This document shows, in pieces, positions 1 through 14,223 of a stretch of 64,000 nucleotides of DNA. The position numbers and the translations under genes are program-made. Numbering within the stretch: the first letter of the stretch is position 1; each line of letters starts with the position of its first letter. This DNA comes from Trichosphaerium sp. ATCC 40318 (Eukaryota; Protista; Tubulinea): contig JALMLS010000279.1 in NCBI GenBank assembly GCA_038496445.1, positions 1-64,000 on the forward strand, given 5' to 3'. The notes beneath the pieces are model-generated. The model worked only from the letters and a program-made list of their open reading frames with translations. It had not been told where the DNA came from and did no database searches.

Positions 1-2862
1 TGACCCTTGGACTTCCAACACCACTAACTGAAGTTTTTCTCCAGGTAGAGGTGTTGATTTTACGATCCTACAAGATAGACTTGCAATATAAGCGTTTCCG
101 GGTAAAGCAACGTCACATGATAACCAAGTAGGCTCCTAAAGAAATTAACAATAAATAATAAAAATTTCAAAACACGTGTTAATGTGTACGTACTTCCGAC
201 ATAATGTGTATTAGTGCATTGCTACCAATTTGTATATTATTTGAAGTAACAGTGCTTGATTCTAAAGCGAGAGATACAAGAGGTGGGTCTAAGGAGCAAC
301 TTGCAAAACTATTCGCTAGCAGCCTTGTTTTAGCATTCTTAAGTTCTAACAATACAACAGGCTCAGGTGGTAACACCATTTCCGGTGTTGAATTTTCTGT
401 CTTCTCTTCCTTAGGAGGTTTGAATGCATTGAAAGATCGCTTTACATAAGTCAAAGAAGACCGCGTAGACTACAAAAGTTAGAAACAGTGTTTACCTAAG
501 ATGACACTTTGAATACCTGCTTGAAGTCTGAGAAGTTAGCTATGACAATAGAGTGATCTCCAGCACTTTTAAAGTCGTGTGTGACGCATCTGCCAGATAA
601 GAAACATTGAGGAAATGTAACAAATCCTTGTAGCCGTTCAAAGCCTTCGAAAGCGTTCTTTGAAAGTGTAGGTGTTGAAAATTTGTCTGCGATGTCTTGT
701 TGCTCCTAAAAAAAAAGTCAATGAGCCATCTTTCAGGGAACCAAAACCAAGGGGGTGTTGTGTGTACGCACTGGTGATAAAAAATGAATTAAAAATGCTT
801 TAGGGTCATCTCCATCACGTAATATCGAATGAAGTAGACTTGTCTTATCGACGTTAAAATACAAAAAATCTGTGTTGATAATAGACACTGATGATAACGT
901 TATAGCGTAGTCAAGTCCTGATTGTGTCTTTGTAGTAAGAACAGCAATAGGCTTTGCGACACGAGACATGACATTCTTCATCAGTGTGGCACGTGACTCA
1001 ACGTTTGGTGCCTTAAGCGTGGAATCTAGAGTGTGTACTGTACGTGAGTGTCTAGGTTTTAAAGTTACTTTCTGAAGTTAGCTATTTATCTTACCTTTCA
1101 TAGACATAAAAGTTTGTTATGAGATTGTCGTGCTTAGTTAGTTCCAACTGTTCTTTCAGGTCAAGAAGCCTTGTTTAAAAGATTATTAATATCCAGTTTA
1201 GGATAAAAACCGTACCATTGAGCCGCTGCTTTCGCTGTTGGGCAAGTCATTGCAGCTGTAGCTGCCATATCAGCAAGTGCGCAAGAAGTGGCGAGAACAG
1301 TTACTGAGCAAGGACTTGAGTGTGTTGCGTGCATAGCTAAAGTAAAAGTGAGTTGAGATAAATTTATTTCACTGATTACCTTTGCTTGTGACTGGGTCGA
1401 TGATATGATGGTGACCTGTAGTACTTATTTGGTAATAATCTCCGCTAGTAGCTACAGCCTCATTCTGAATGTCTAATACTTCTATTCTCTTCTTAAGCAT
1501 GTTCGGAGGTGCTACTGTTAAGAATCCTTTCTTAACACATATATCAAACATTGAAGTTACCGAAGGAGGTTCAATAATACCAACTCGCCAAGGTCTACAA
1601 GAGGGATGCTAAGGATAGGTATGAGCGATTTTATATGAGAGCACTAGGGTGTTGGTAATTCTTTCTAACGTAGTAGCGACTCACTTACACATCCTTTGAC
1701 CTTAATGTCTCCTCCCCAACATACATAGTAGTCTTTATACCCTATTTCTTCAAGTCTTTCGCCCATTAAATCAACTGCATGACCTTTAATCATTCCACCT
1801 TAACAAAGTTGTTAGTGAAGATAGAGTAAGAATGGTATAAGAAAATTATTACCAAAGTCGAGCTGTACGCTTTTATTTTCTTTGTAGAATGATCCACTTT
1901 CATGTATAAAGTGGATTTTATCGAAGCCTACCTTAAAAAAATATTATTACAGGATACGACACTAAACAGTAAAAGATTCGCACTGATTTAGTAGTTTCAG
2001 CTATTTCTTCAGGTGTTGGGATTTTATTATTTTTTGATTTCTTTGCCCATAGGTTCTTTGCAGCGAGTATTGTAGGATCAAAGCGACCCTCTGTGAGTTG
2101 AACATATTTTTGTATTGAGCGTAGGAGTTTTTCCATCTGTGGTAAGTCAAAAGAGAGCGCTAATTTGCAAAAAAAAAAAAAAAAATCTCAATTTCAAATG
2201 ACACATGTCATGTGACACATTTTGACATTTTGTGTTTTTTCAAAATCCTCCTACCCTTTGGGAGATTGCCATATTTGTATTAGTAGCGAGCTTATTCATT
2301 ATAGATACTTCTGAGTTTGGGTTCCAGTTGTTAAACACCAAATCTATCTCGTTGAATGTGAAATCGGCAATATGCTTCAACACGTTAATTACAACTCTGA
2401 CATTAGTTTTACATACTTTTACTCTTGACAGAGCGTTAGGATCATTTTTGCGCTTGTGTACGAGGATGGTATACTGTATGGTATGAGCTACACCCGACAG
2501 CTTTACGAGATAATCTGCTTCATTTGCATCCGAGTTATCGCCATCTGCAGCAATATTAAGTGTCGGTATGGCGTAAACGCAGCTACAAAGCTGAAGGTAC
2601 GCACTTGTTGCCAATAACTGTTGTGTCGCTTGTAAACTGTGTAGCGCTTGCGATTCTGCTTCAAACTCAGGCTCAATGAACGTAGCTTCTGTCTGATAGG
2701 TATAAGAATGCTGTACGCGCAACATAATGTATTTTTTCGCACGGTGGTGTCAGAGGCGCTATAGAATACAGGGGGAGCGAATGAGGACAACCAAGCCAAC
2801 GAATTGTACATATTGGTAATAACACCTTTGTCTTCACCCAACGTGTACGAAACAGTACTCAT
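1..2862 (-). CDS. ApbE-family FAD:protein FMN transferase fused to two flavin-reductase-like domains (multi-exon, 3' end runs out of the window)
   Basis: ApbE motifs across exons: FNNWNPNSEVSIMN, TEGRFDPTI, IKGHAVD, WGGDIKVKG, WRVGIIEP, AVATSGDY..HHHIIDPVT, SCALADMAATA. Then MKNVMSRVAKPIAVLTT..GDHSIVIA and NSFASCSLDPPLVSLAL, which resemble flavin reductase domains. Confidence 0.8.
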
Positions 2863-3060
2863 CTTAAACGAAGCTATTTAGAGTTCTTTCATGCGGTAGT
2901 TTGTGTCAACGTGGTTTAAAGAGTAGACCGAAGAAGAAAACTATTTGACTTTACAAATTGCACCTTGAAAAACTTTGTTTTTTCTACGTCAAACAAAATT
3001 AATACGACAATCTAGCAGCCCAGAAAAAAAAATCGCAACACTGCGGCTGCACTTGGCGTA

Positions 3061-4699
3061 TCATGTATTTTTAATCGTGACATTGCAACCGGCAACATTT
3101 ATCTTGTAAACCAGCTGGTTGTAGCCATCCGAAGTCTTTGTTACAGTTAATAAATACAAAGTGTTTCCAGCGCACGTAAGACGATGGATTCTAGTGTTTG
3201 AGGGCAATTCTGATATCTTAAGCCTAAGACAAGCTTTTGTTTCTCTGTACACCTTTATCACGTGACTGCTTGTAGCATAATAAAAATCACCGCGTTGATC
3301 AACGGCTACACCACGCACTACGCTCGATGGAGAATGTTTCTCCACGTCATATGTGCACACAACTGTAGAGTTACCGTTTGCGTCAATGTGTGATACATCA
3401 CCTCGCCGGTGTTGCCAAGAAGCAGAGTCAAATGGAACAGTCTGTAGTTTATCTCCCCGTGTAGCCACTAAAAGTTCTCCTAAATAATTGGACGCCATGT
3501 AAAGAGGTCTATAACCCAAACAACATAAGCACTGTGCGTTCATATCGCCACCAATACGATGTTTGTTCAGTAGCACAACTTCTCCAGAAGCTAATGCCAG
3601 TATAAGATTACCATGGGTATCAAAGCACATTGCATCAGGAACTCGTATTTGACGTAATCTTTCTTGGGTATTAGGACGCTTTGGATAAGTCTTTTTATCT
3701 TTAGGCAAACGCCCGTATTTGTGAACAAAAGCGCCAACGTCCTCACTGCTATCAGGTGTATTCGGCACAGAGCTAACAATAACGTCACTGTTTTGAACAA
3801 TCATCAATTTTGAAGGGAATTCTTCAAGTAATTCATTTTCCTTTTCATTTTGTGAAGTGCCGTTCGTTGATGCATTGTTGCCGGGTGTCAACTTTAAAAT
3901 TCTATGCTTTATGATTGTATCGCCTTTTTGCTTTGTTTTAACCTTTATACTGTAGAAGACGTCGGTTTTATCTGATAGAAAGTTAAAAACTAAGTTCGCG
4001 CTTCATTGAAGTAGTGTTTGGTAACCGGAGTTGGCGGTGTTTGGTTGGCAAAAAACTTTTGACATGCCAAAAGCCTTGCAATTTAGGCGTGACGTACGAG
4101 CACACAGAAGTTCTGGGGTGGAAGTGGGCTGTTCTTGTACAACTATAACACTTTGGCAATCAGAATCTGTTATCTTTACAACTGTTCTGCTCCTGCTGGA
4201 AGTGAAATATAGCTACATAGTGAGGTGTTAGTATTTTGGGCGTTTTTTGAGCTGTAAAAAAAACTGTATCGGAAAAAAGCCATTGGAGTACTTGTAAGTA
4301 GACGTAGATTGTATTGTAAGCGGTACATAAAATGAAAACGTAAAACCCAAAAGAAAAATTCCAAACGCGTACATTTCCGCAGTTATCATGAATTAGACGC
4401 GTGACTAATGTTTTAGGCATATCCACGGGTAGCAATATCGCTTTAAATAAAGTTGATAGATCCTATGTTGTGGTTAATGCGTGGATAGCAGATAGAATAG
4501 GAATTAAACGGTTTAACGTTTGGTTTTCAAAGTTTAAATTTAGTTGAAAGGTTTTTCAGCTTATTGGCCTTACCACCCATTGTTTCATGGCACCGACATA
4601 GCAAGCCATTTGTTTTGAAACCAATCTGAGCTGTAGGAAGTACGCCGGCGCTAATTGCTCTAGAACCGCCTCACGAATCTCCCTTGGCAGGTGTTCCAT
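3061..4699 (-). CDS. F-box-like N-terminus plus NHL/beta-propeller-like repeat protein (exon structure approximate)
   Basis: MEHLPREIREAVLEQL..LRLVSK from 4699. The 276 aa ORF has AMCFDTHGNLILA and RGVAVDQRGDFYYA repeats. Confidence 0.5.
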
Positions 4700-5218
4700 T
4701 GGAGGTGGCGTTTGGGTGATATTCACCTGGGGTGTTTATTTTCGTACTAATACTTTCGTTGTTGTAGTGTGGGGTGTATTCAATCGACGTAAAATTGTCT
4801 AGAGCGAGAGCGTTCTTTGATTGGCCCTAAGTGGCGATCCTTGCCTTAAAAAAACGTACAGAATTCCGTGAGCAAGATGGAGATGTTAGGTAGAAATCTA
4901 CCGGCGTTCGGCGTGCTAGATATAGCTAAAGTGGCGATCATAGAAGGTACGTATTTTAAAGTGTTTTAAAAAAAGTCTGCAAACTACGAACCCGGGCTGT
5001 AGAGTGCGTACGTCGATACGCGCTCTATTCAAGATACGGTGTTAATTGGATTAAATCAAGCAAGTGGTAAAATTCATACATCAACAGACCAATTCCTTTG
5101 GTGCTTGAGACAGTTTTAAACTCTACGCCATTTTACGAAACGGTTTATTTTTGTACTCCTTGTTACCTTTAGAACATACTCTACGCGTGCTTATATCGTT
5201 GTAGTGAGTGATAGCGCT

Positions 5219-6652
5219 ATGTTACCAACTAGGTACATTCCTCCGCAACCTTTACTTCCACCACGCGCCAAAAAGTGCAAGCAAGGTCCGTTCAATTCAA
5301 AATGAGAATACAATGATTTTCTGACGTTCGCTAAACCAAAATAAGTGAGATTGCCAGTATCGTATAAACCATCGCATTTTTTGGGATTACCAAAGGATTT
5401 ATTTGTGAACCTCGTTCAGCACGAAACACTACCTGGTATTATTAACATGCGATTATTGTGTAAAACGGCAAAGCAAATGCTTGTAGAAGTACCAGTAGTA
5501 AAGGCACGTGCTTTAAAAATCTTGAATTTGTTGACTTGATTTTCTTGTATTTAACTTCAATTAGATGCTCACTACGATACACAAGGCAACCTGTATCTCT
5601 AAAACATTTTCTCCCGGATACATAAGTGGTATTCTAGCTCTACCAAACAACAACGTACGCTCTTAGAAGATCGGTTCTCACGCTAAGATTCAAATTCAAC
5701 AGGTTGTATTTTTGGATTCAAAAAGGCATTTTGTTTGTGAAATCAACAAAAAAGGAGCAGGCTCTTTCATTATTGGGGATAACTTTGATAAGGAGTACCA
5801 TCCCAATTCTATACGTGGAGGTGACTTGGATCAAGCTACAGTTTACCAACCAATTGGAATTGCACAGAAAGTATGTTACCTTTGATTGGCAATTGAAAGT
5901 GCTAACACAATTGTAGCCTTCTCAACATGCTTTGAATCAATTCATTATTTCAGATGCTCAGCATAGAATGCTTTGCTATATTGATCTCTACAATTGGTAC
6001 TCAACGGTAGTCACTGTACAACCTACATTCTTCAATGATGTTACAGTAAGACGAACTTGCATTCCTGGTGCCATATGCTATGACCACAACGGAGACTTGT
6101 TGATTTGTGATCCTAGAAATAATGTTATATGCAAAAGAACAGATAATGGTGTACTGAGGCACGCTTATCATCTAAATACTTGTTTATTCTAATACGTGAT
6201 CTAGCCTCTTTGCAGGTCAACTATCCTTATCTGATAGTAATGCTGCTTCATGTGCTTTTACGCAACTGAACGCTATTGCTTGCAACCCAGTAACTAAGGA
6301 TATTTACATTGCTGATGGCAAAACAATAAAGTATATCAGGAGTGGAGCTGTTACGGTTGTGCACACACGGCCAAAGTGCGAAAAGATTGCTGCGTTGACA
6401 TTTGACGAAGAAGGCAATTTGTACTTTGTTGCAAGAGCTGAAAAACTACATCGTGTTGGTTACAGAGGTCATCCAGAGATTCAATTCAAAAACGGCGGTG
6501 TATTCAAGCTACACGCAAACTCGAACGCTGTTGTTTGTGTCCGTACACGGCCTTCGTTTGATCAAATCTCAACAGCTCACTGCAGTAGCGGATACTTATA
6601 CGTAGCCGGATTTATTGGCGAAACCCATAACTTGTACAAGATTAAAGTGTAG
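5219..6652 (+). CDS. F-box plus NHL/beta-propeller-like repeat protein (multi-exon)
   Basis: FLGLPKDLFVNLV..MRLLCK; GAICYDHNGDLLICD; AALTFDEEGNLYFV. Architecture resembles the divergent neighbour. Confidence 0.55.
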
Positions 6653-6771
6653 ATTAAGTTAAAAACGGTTGAAGTTCATAAACTAGTTCAGTGAACTATA
6701 GCTCAAAACTCCGCCTCAGTTAATTGTATTATTGGCTCCTAACACAAAACACTTGTTACAATTTTAACGCA

Positions 6772-7332
6772 ATGATTGTTGTAGCAAACTTAAACCCGTC
6801 TAACACATGGCACTACAGGCCTGATGGGAAAAAACATGCCTATGAAGCCATGTATGGCATGCAAAGTACGGAAACTACGATTGGTGACTCGGACCGCAAA
6901 AAAATAGTTAAAACCGTTAACAAACAATTGCAAGATGCCACAAAACTAATTAGAACATTAACTGCTCTAAAGGCAAAGTTTCTGCTAATGGAGCCTGGTA
7001 TAAACCAAGATCCTGAAGTCTGGAGTGCTGTCGGGTTAAACTACGCTGATAGTATGGTCGTGGAGTGGTTGCTTAGTGCTTGCTCATACTTTATAACAAA
7101 ATCGGCATCGTGGGCAAAAGACAGCCCAGTGCCGATGGACGTACATCACAAGGTACAATTTTGGCGTACAGTAGTATTTTTGTTTCGTTGCGATGGGCAG
7201 ATGAGCTAAATTTCTACCAAGGTTCTTTTGCATTACATTTTCCAAAATAGACGCAATTGGGATGCTTATCTTACATCAAAGGGCATAGCCAATCCAGAAT
7301 TTTCGGATTGGAAAGAGAAGGGAGAGAAATAA
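6772..7332 (+). CDS. hypothetical protein (2 exons)
   Basis: Open frame from ATG 6772. A GT-AG intron at ~7153-7221 joins in frame to VLLHYIF..KEKGEK*. Confidence 0.5.
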
Positions 7333-7501
7333 TGCTCTGTGTAAGTTAACAAGACCCTTACCAAAATTAGTTTCTTCAATTACAAAATAGTATGTACCAA
7401 TCCAATAATATCTCTGGTCTTTGATCCGGCGTTCTTCTGTGTTGTACACATGTCTATGTAATGGCATGTGGTTTTATGGTTGTGAGTGCGGAGACATTAT
7501 T

Positions 7502-9695
7502 TTACAATTGACGTGATGAGCATCTACAAATGCTTAGCCAAATGGGATAAACAGCATTTTCGTACTCTCAAAGCGCTTATCACTATTTAGTACAAGCGCC
7601 TCCGTAGAGCTAATGCTGACATGTGTATCAAGTTGCACATCGGGTTTGTAATAAATTATAGTGCTGAGCAAGCTTTCTACATCTCCTTCCCACCAATATG
7701 GAATGGGAACCAAGCAAATACCTAACACGTGTCAACAACCGATTTTCCAGTTGTGCTACCATTTTCTTCGCATTGTCTTGCTTTTTCTAAATCACGTTCT
7801 TGGTGAATTGCTGCTGGGGCAACATGTGGTAACACATCATGGTAGTGTTGTTCACCTACGATTAATGTGTTTGAGTTTGTAAAGACGCCAAATAGTACCT
7901 TGGTATTCTATAGCCAAGTTGTAAGCTGGTAAAAACAAATCAACAGAAAGTGGTCCACCTTTTGATCTAGTGCCAATACAATGTTCTTCAAGCGCTTCAT
8001 CATGCGGAAGGGCCACTTTAATACACTCGATCATTTCACTAAATGTTATGAGTATTCTCTAGTGATTCAAACACAACAAAAGCGTACTATTGTCTTGATT
8101 TTTTACCAAATACAGTAAACCTTGTCCAATCCCAGTTTTCAGAAGGATACAAAACCTTTAATATGCGAGGGAAAGCATCCAAGAACCCTCCACCACCATG
8201 ATCCTCTAGTTGTGATCGAGATACACGATACCTAAGTTACGGTAGAACAATACAGAAAAACTAATAATAGTCTATTACCATTGTGAAGGATGCTCAACTT
8301 TTAATGCTTTTTCTATATGTTGTAAAAACTCCATTTTGTTATACCTGTCATTCCAGTATCCCCAAGAGTTTCGTTTACGACTTGGACTAGAGCTACTTGT
8401 AAGTTCACATTATGTAAAGTGGCACGTACCGAAAATTCCAAATAAATTGGGGATACAAAGCTTCAAGCGTTTTGCCCATAGTACCTCCATACCTGTATTT
8501 ATGGTCAAAAATCGCTTTATTAATCATAGCATACTTTTCTAGAATTCCTCGTGCGCCATGGTCAATGAGAGCTAGTCTCGAAATACCATGCCAATCATCG
8601 AATACTTTGATGTCCATGTGTTTCGCTATTTCTTCAAACTGGGCTAGTTGGTTTGCCTTGTTATCCCAGTGACCCGACGCTACAGGTCTAAACTATATCT
8701 CAGTAAACGTCTAAGACGTGATCAATTGTACTTATTAAACACCCAATTGTGATTAGGGTATATGACCAATACTACGTTGGCAACTGAACCATTGTGCCTA
8801 GAAACTAATTAGATGTGTTGTAACATCTCAATATGCTTGCTTATTTAGTATACTGCCTCCACCAGCCCTACTAAATTCTGCTTTTGACACATTGTGCCAG
8901 TCATCTAGTACTTTAACATTCAGGTTGTTACCTAGGACATCCAACATTTTTTCTTGTGCTTGTATTACATGACGTCTCGGCTTTTTCCTAACCGAGAAAA
9001 TTACTAACTTTAAACACAAAGCTGGCGTGCTTGAACTGTTGTTTAACCCACTTATGAAATGGGTACAGAGTCTTTAGTGCTCGTGCTAACGAATCATCGT
9101 GCTGCTTCATTAAGGCGCGGGCGCCATTATCGTACATGTCTTGAAGGGATACAATGTACCAACCATCAAGCTCTTTTATGCGCAAATTACTGGCTACCCC
9201 ATCAAGACACGTGCGATGATTTTCCAAATCTTTCCAATGGTCTTTCGGTGCACTCCTTGATAGTACCGACCGTCAATCAAAACAGCGGTATGGCCTGGCC
9301 CTTTGCGTACTTGAATTTCCAAGGAATCCAATCATGCTCTGGGTACATTGCCTGAAGTACACGAGACATTGAGTTATTATACCTGTCATACGAATAAGTT
9401 TGTAAAACGTGATTCCATTCTCTGTTAACGAACCGTCGCATTATCATAGAACCACCTTGTCTGTCAATTTCCTTTCTTGTTATCCTGTACCATTGATTTA
9501 AGTTTGTAATATCGAGTTGAGCAGCGAGGGTGGCTTTAAAAAAATGACGTTGGTTGGCTATCTCATCCCAGTGTCTTCTAGGGGCTCTTCGACGCTCTAA
9601 GTGCGCACAATAGCGCACAGAATGTACTAAAGGCTTTGTTTAGCGTATGTTATTTCAAAAAACTCCCCATTCGTACCAACTTTGTGACAAATGCA
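7502..9695 (-). CDS. Tandem W/GG/YP-repeat protein with C-terminal PD-(D/E)XK restriction-endonuclease-like domain (ends approximate)
   Basis: About five repeats of W..N.R..L....DDWY.(V/I)S...GG..LL..Y..S...L..YP..W..F. These are followed by LSVDLFLPAYNLAIEYQG.QHY..D.EK..C..GICLVPIPYWW. Confidence 0.65.
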
Positions 9696-9924
9696 TTTTA
9701 CAACTTGTCGCTGGGCGAACAAGAGCTTTTTTGATATCATAACCTCGATCGCTGTTTCGTAGGCATGTTACGAACTGTGAGAGTATCAGAGCGTATAATC
9801 AAACGTAAAATAAGTACTTGCGTCCGCTTTGTCACTTTGGTTTTACGTGATTTTGTAGCCAGCACTTAATTTACAGTGCTTAAACACTTCAGACTTTTTT
9901 GGTGAAAATCACGTGTAAAACGCT

Positions 9925-12570
9925 ATGTGTCAAGTATTTGTCGCTTTTGTGCCATTGATTACGTTACTGTGTCTATACTGCGATGCAGCAAGTACGAGTA
10001 TTTTGTGTTAGTAATTTTTTTTTTTACAAGAGATTATTAGTATACGCTTCTGATGGTCACAAATGTAGCACAGACTTGGGGTGTTACCTGAATCTAACAG
10101 ATACAGATATTATTCTTGATCCTCGTTTATCGTACACTCTCGCTAGTTCCGTTCAAATTAATCACGATACTAATATTACAACACGTACGTAGTGCCTCAT
10201 AATGTCACTAGCGCAATTTTTTACGGCTAGCTTTTATTGGGTCGTCATTTTCGGTTTAGAAGGCAATGAACGCGCAATAGTATCTTGTACTAGAACCGCT
10301 AATTTTAACGACAAATCATCCATGCACAACGTCCGCATTTCAGGAATAACATTCCACTGTGCTTTGGTTCTTCGTGACTTTGCATTTCTGGTACTAGAGT
10401 AAGCTCCAACATTCGGTGCACCTCTCATTGTATTCTAGAAATTGTGAGTTTGAAGCTATTAATATCACAATGGATCATATAGTCAGAGTAGAATCAGTAG
10501 CGTAAGTGGTGTTCTTGGGTTTCTTCAGTGACAAAGTTAGGACTGTAAGCTTTAGTAATGTTTATTTCCGCGACAACAATGCCTATCACTTAGGTACGGA
10601 AGACCGAGAAGGAGGATTAGTTTATATCAGTCAAGCATCCGCTGTATATTTTACACAAAGTGGGTTTTTGCACAATACTGTGACCATCACAGAAGCTAAA
10701 CTTACAGGTGAGAATGCCGTTCACATGACTATGTAACAGCTGTAGGTGGTATTATATTTGTTGAGCAAGTCAGCAAGGTAAACTTTGTAAATACGGTTCT
10801 CCATTAACTATCAGGTAGCTGTATGTTTCTTCCTGTGTTTTTCAAAACAATGAAGCAGTATTATCAGGTACTCTAACTTCCAACCCACTAGCCATATTCT
10901 AATCAGTGTAGGTGTCAGTAGGGGAGGCTTAATTTATAGCCTTGACAGCAATCAGTTTGTGGTATCAAATACCTTGTTTGAAGAAAACGTTATTCCTGAT
11001 AGCGGCAGAGGAGACGGTACTGTTTTGTTTTGGAACCTAAATAGTTGTGCTACCACTTCAATAAGAGGTGTTAGCATCCTTTTTTGTCTAATGGTAGTCT
11101 ATGTGAAACCGTTAAGCTATCTTTAGGGTGTATCGTTTATGGACAAAACATGAGAATCTTGTCTTGTCTTTTTATCTCTAATAATTGCAATAACCGAGGA
11201 TCTCTAAAGTATGTATGATGTAAAATTAACCCTTAACATTGCTATAGTGAGCTCATATACTTACATTCTGGGACAGCGTATATTGAGTATGTCAGTTTGT
11301 ATCAAACAATACTAATAAGTGAAAGGGACACGGTGTTTGAAGGCATAATTGATTTTCGTTGTCACGTGATATAAAATAATGAAGATTCGTAGATTATTCT
11401 AGCGTCTTTAATCAACCTTTACATGTTGTCAACTGTCCCAACATGGGAGATACAACTGTTAACTTTAACAGAACTATTTTTCATGGTACTTGTGTAGTTA
11501 TAACATGTTTTTAAGTAGCAATAGGTGGTGATAACCGAAATGTGTCTTTGAATGGGCACTGTTCAATTGTTAATGAGAGACAAGTATGCGAGGATCTTGA
11601 GACATGCTGCAACGGTTAGCAATGTGTTACAACGTCATATAACTCAGGTTAGGTACTGTTTCTATTGAAAACAAGTTGTACAACACTGCTACATGTTCCA
11701 GGACTTCACCTTCTGATCAAGTGTCTTGTTTTACTTGTGAAGGTGGTGGTTGTGATGTAAGAGTTCCAAAGTGTACCATAGACACCAATGTAATCAACAA
11801 CGACATACTTACAATCGATAAATCTATAACAATCAATGGCGATTTGTTTAACGATGGCACTATTGTTATCCAAGGAAATACCACCTTGACAGTGACAGGT
11901 AGAAATATTGTTTGTTTTATTGATCCTCCGTCCTGATTGCCCTGTAGGCTGTGCTACTTTGAGACAGTTCATTGTGAACACTTCAAATATAGCCACACCC
12001 GACAGCGGTGTTGTCAATTTCTACGCGATCAACTCTAGCTGTATCAACGGAAGCATCATAGTTGTTGGCAATGAAGAATGTGTCACAGCTTCTCAACGCC
12101 AGGATAGTAATGGGTACAAGCTACTATTCTATTTCACATACTAACCATGATTTTACAGAGTACTTATAACGCTTGTTCAACGAGACGATTGTGAGTATTC
12201 ATGGCTTCCAGTGATTATTGGATGTACTGTTGGAGCGGCAATTTTGGTACACCCCAGGGAGCAATACTCAACCCTTGTTAACTATCACTTATAGTGTGTT
12301 GTGATAACTTTGTTGGTTATTATTTGCACTCCCAAATTGCGACGAATAATTCTACCTTTTGAAGAAAGAAAGCGAGTAATTGGTACAATCTTAATGACAC
12401 CTAAGCAGGAGTGCGTCCTTTGTTAAGTGTAATACTACTTACTATGGCTTAGAATCAATTCACCAACCCCTCAAAAGGTAGATTCATCCCCAACTAATCA
12501 AGTTATTGCAAATAACCCAAGTCAAGCTGTTATACGTGAACTTAGCTTGAAGAATGTGAGGGCAAGTTAA
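9925..12570 (+). CDS. Single-pass membrane/surface protein with signal peptide and beta-helix-like (F..N..GG) repeats
   Basis: N-terminal MCQVFVAFVPLITLLCL; FRDNNA..GGLVY-type repeats; Cys-rich linker; TM segment WLPVIIGCTVGAAIL..VVITLLVIIC followed by a basic tail. Confidence 0.6.
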
Positions 12571-12933
12571 TTATGAATATTTGATGATCATCAAAGCTTG
12601 AGTAATTTTTTGAGATTCCTGTAACAACATACTAACCTAACCCTAACTACACAAAAAAAACCAAATAAAGTTTATCTACTCTGTATTACACCAAATTTTG
12701 TGCTTATTTCGCAATACAGCTAAGTTGTATTGTTAAAACAAAAAACCAATAAGAAAATGTTACGCAGAGAACTTAAAAGCGTTGTGTTTGCAAATACTTT
12801 ATTTAATCAAATAGAACCTAACCACTTATTGTATTTAATCTAGAAATGCAGATTGAAATGCAAACTGAATAAAATAGCGTTCTTGCCAATCAGCGAAATA
12901 TGCTTGGCCGTATTTTTCTATCCACGGACACAA

Positions 12934-14223
12934 TTATTGTAAAGTAGCATAATGCTTTTCATTAATGTCAAGTGATTTAAGACTTGTTAGTACTCTAATC
13001 CCTTCAACTGTAACTGAAGTCCAACAAACTGATAGAGTATGTACTCCTGCCAATGGCCTTATACCTTCATCTGTGACACGTGTTCGGTCAAGCCTTATAG
13101 AGTGAACGCCCACAAGCGCTTTTATTCCTTCATCTGTGATGTTAGCACATCCTTTTAGACTTATGGTGTGAAACCAGCCATAGCCTTGACACCTTCATCA
13201 GATACATTTGTACATGATAAATATATAGTGTGAACACCTGCCAATGCACTAATTCCCATATCTGTCACGTGTCGATTCAAAGTCAAGCGTATTGTATGCA
13301 CACCTGCCAGCGCTTTAATTCCTTCATCTGTTATTAACACTGGCGGAAACAAACTTATAGTGTTTACACCTGCCAGCGCTTTTACACCTTCATCCGTAAT
13401 TAAAGTGTCTCCTATGTGTATTGTATGAACACCTTTAAGTGCCATAACACCTTCGTTTGTGACTTTAGTGAAACATAGCTGTATTGTATGAACACCTGCA
13501 AGCGCTGCAATTCCTTCATCTGATACTTTTGTGTCAAAGAGATCAATAGTATGAACACCTACAAGTTTCTTAAGGCCTTCATCTGTCACATTACTGTGGG
13601 CTAAGCCTATTGTGTGCACACCAGCGAGAGCCTCGAGATCTTCAACAGTAATTTTGGCTCTAGTCAAGATTATTTTATGTATACCTGCCAGTGCTTGAAA
13701 ACCTTCTGTGGCTATACAATCAGCATAACGTATCCTCATAGTATGAACACCCGAAAGATTTGAGTCGTTCAACTGTAACGCCTCCACAAAAAAAAGAAAT
13801 AGTGTGAACGCCAGCAAGTTGTCGGAGATGTTGATCAGTTACGTATGCAGGATCGAGGTTAATACAATGAACGCCCTTGATGTATTTCAATCCCTCTGGT
13901 GTTATTTCTGGTTCATATCGTTCAGTTTCGTTCAAATCATTCATGTCTAGATAGCGAACGCCAGCAAGAAACTTGAAATCATCTCGTGTTAAATTGAAGT
14001 CAATACTGATTTTGTCACGTTTAATAAGATGTGGCAATAATGAATATACTTCCCTGAGGTGTTCTGCACTTGTTAACTTTATTGTTCTCGGTAGTGATGG
14101 GTAGTTCAAGTATTGTCGTAACGCTTTCTTAAATAGGTGACATGTGGCCATTGCAGAGAGAAGGGAATCGGGTGTAACGTGTTGTAGAATTTCTCCAATT
14201 ATTTCAACGGGAAAAGTGTCCAT
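12934..14223 (-). pseudogene. F-box plus GVHT-type leucine-rich repeat protein, apparently intronless, with two frameshifts (pseudogene or sequence error)
   Basis: MDTFPVEIIGEILQH (F-box) and more than 12 repeats of (V/I)TDEG(V/I)KALAGVHTI.L. The frame changes at the A-run near 13790 and near 13170. Confidence 0.7.
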
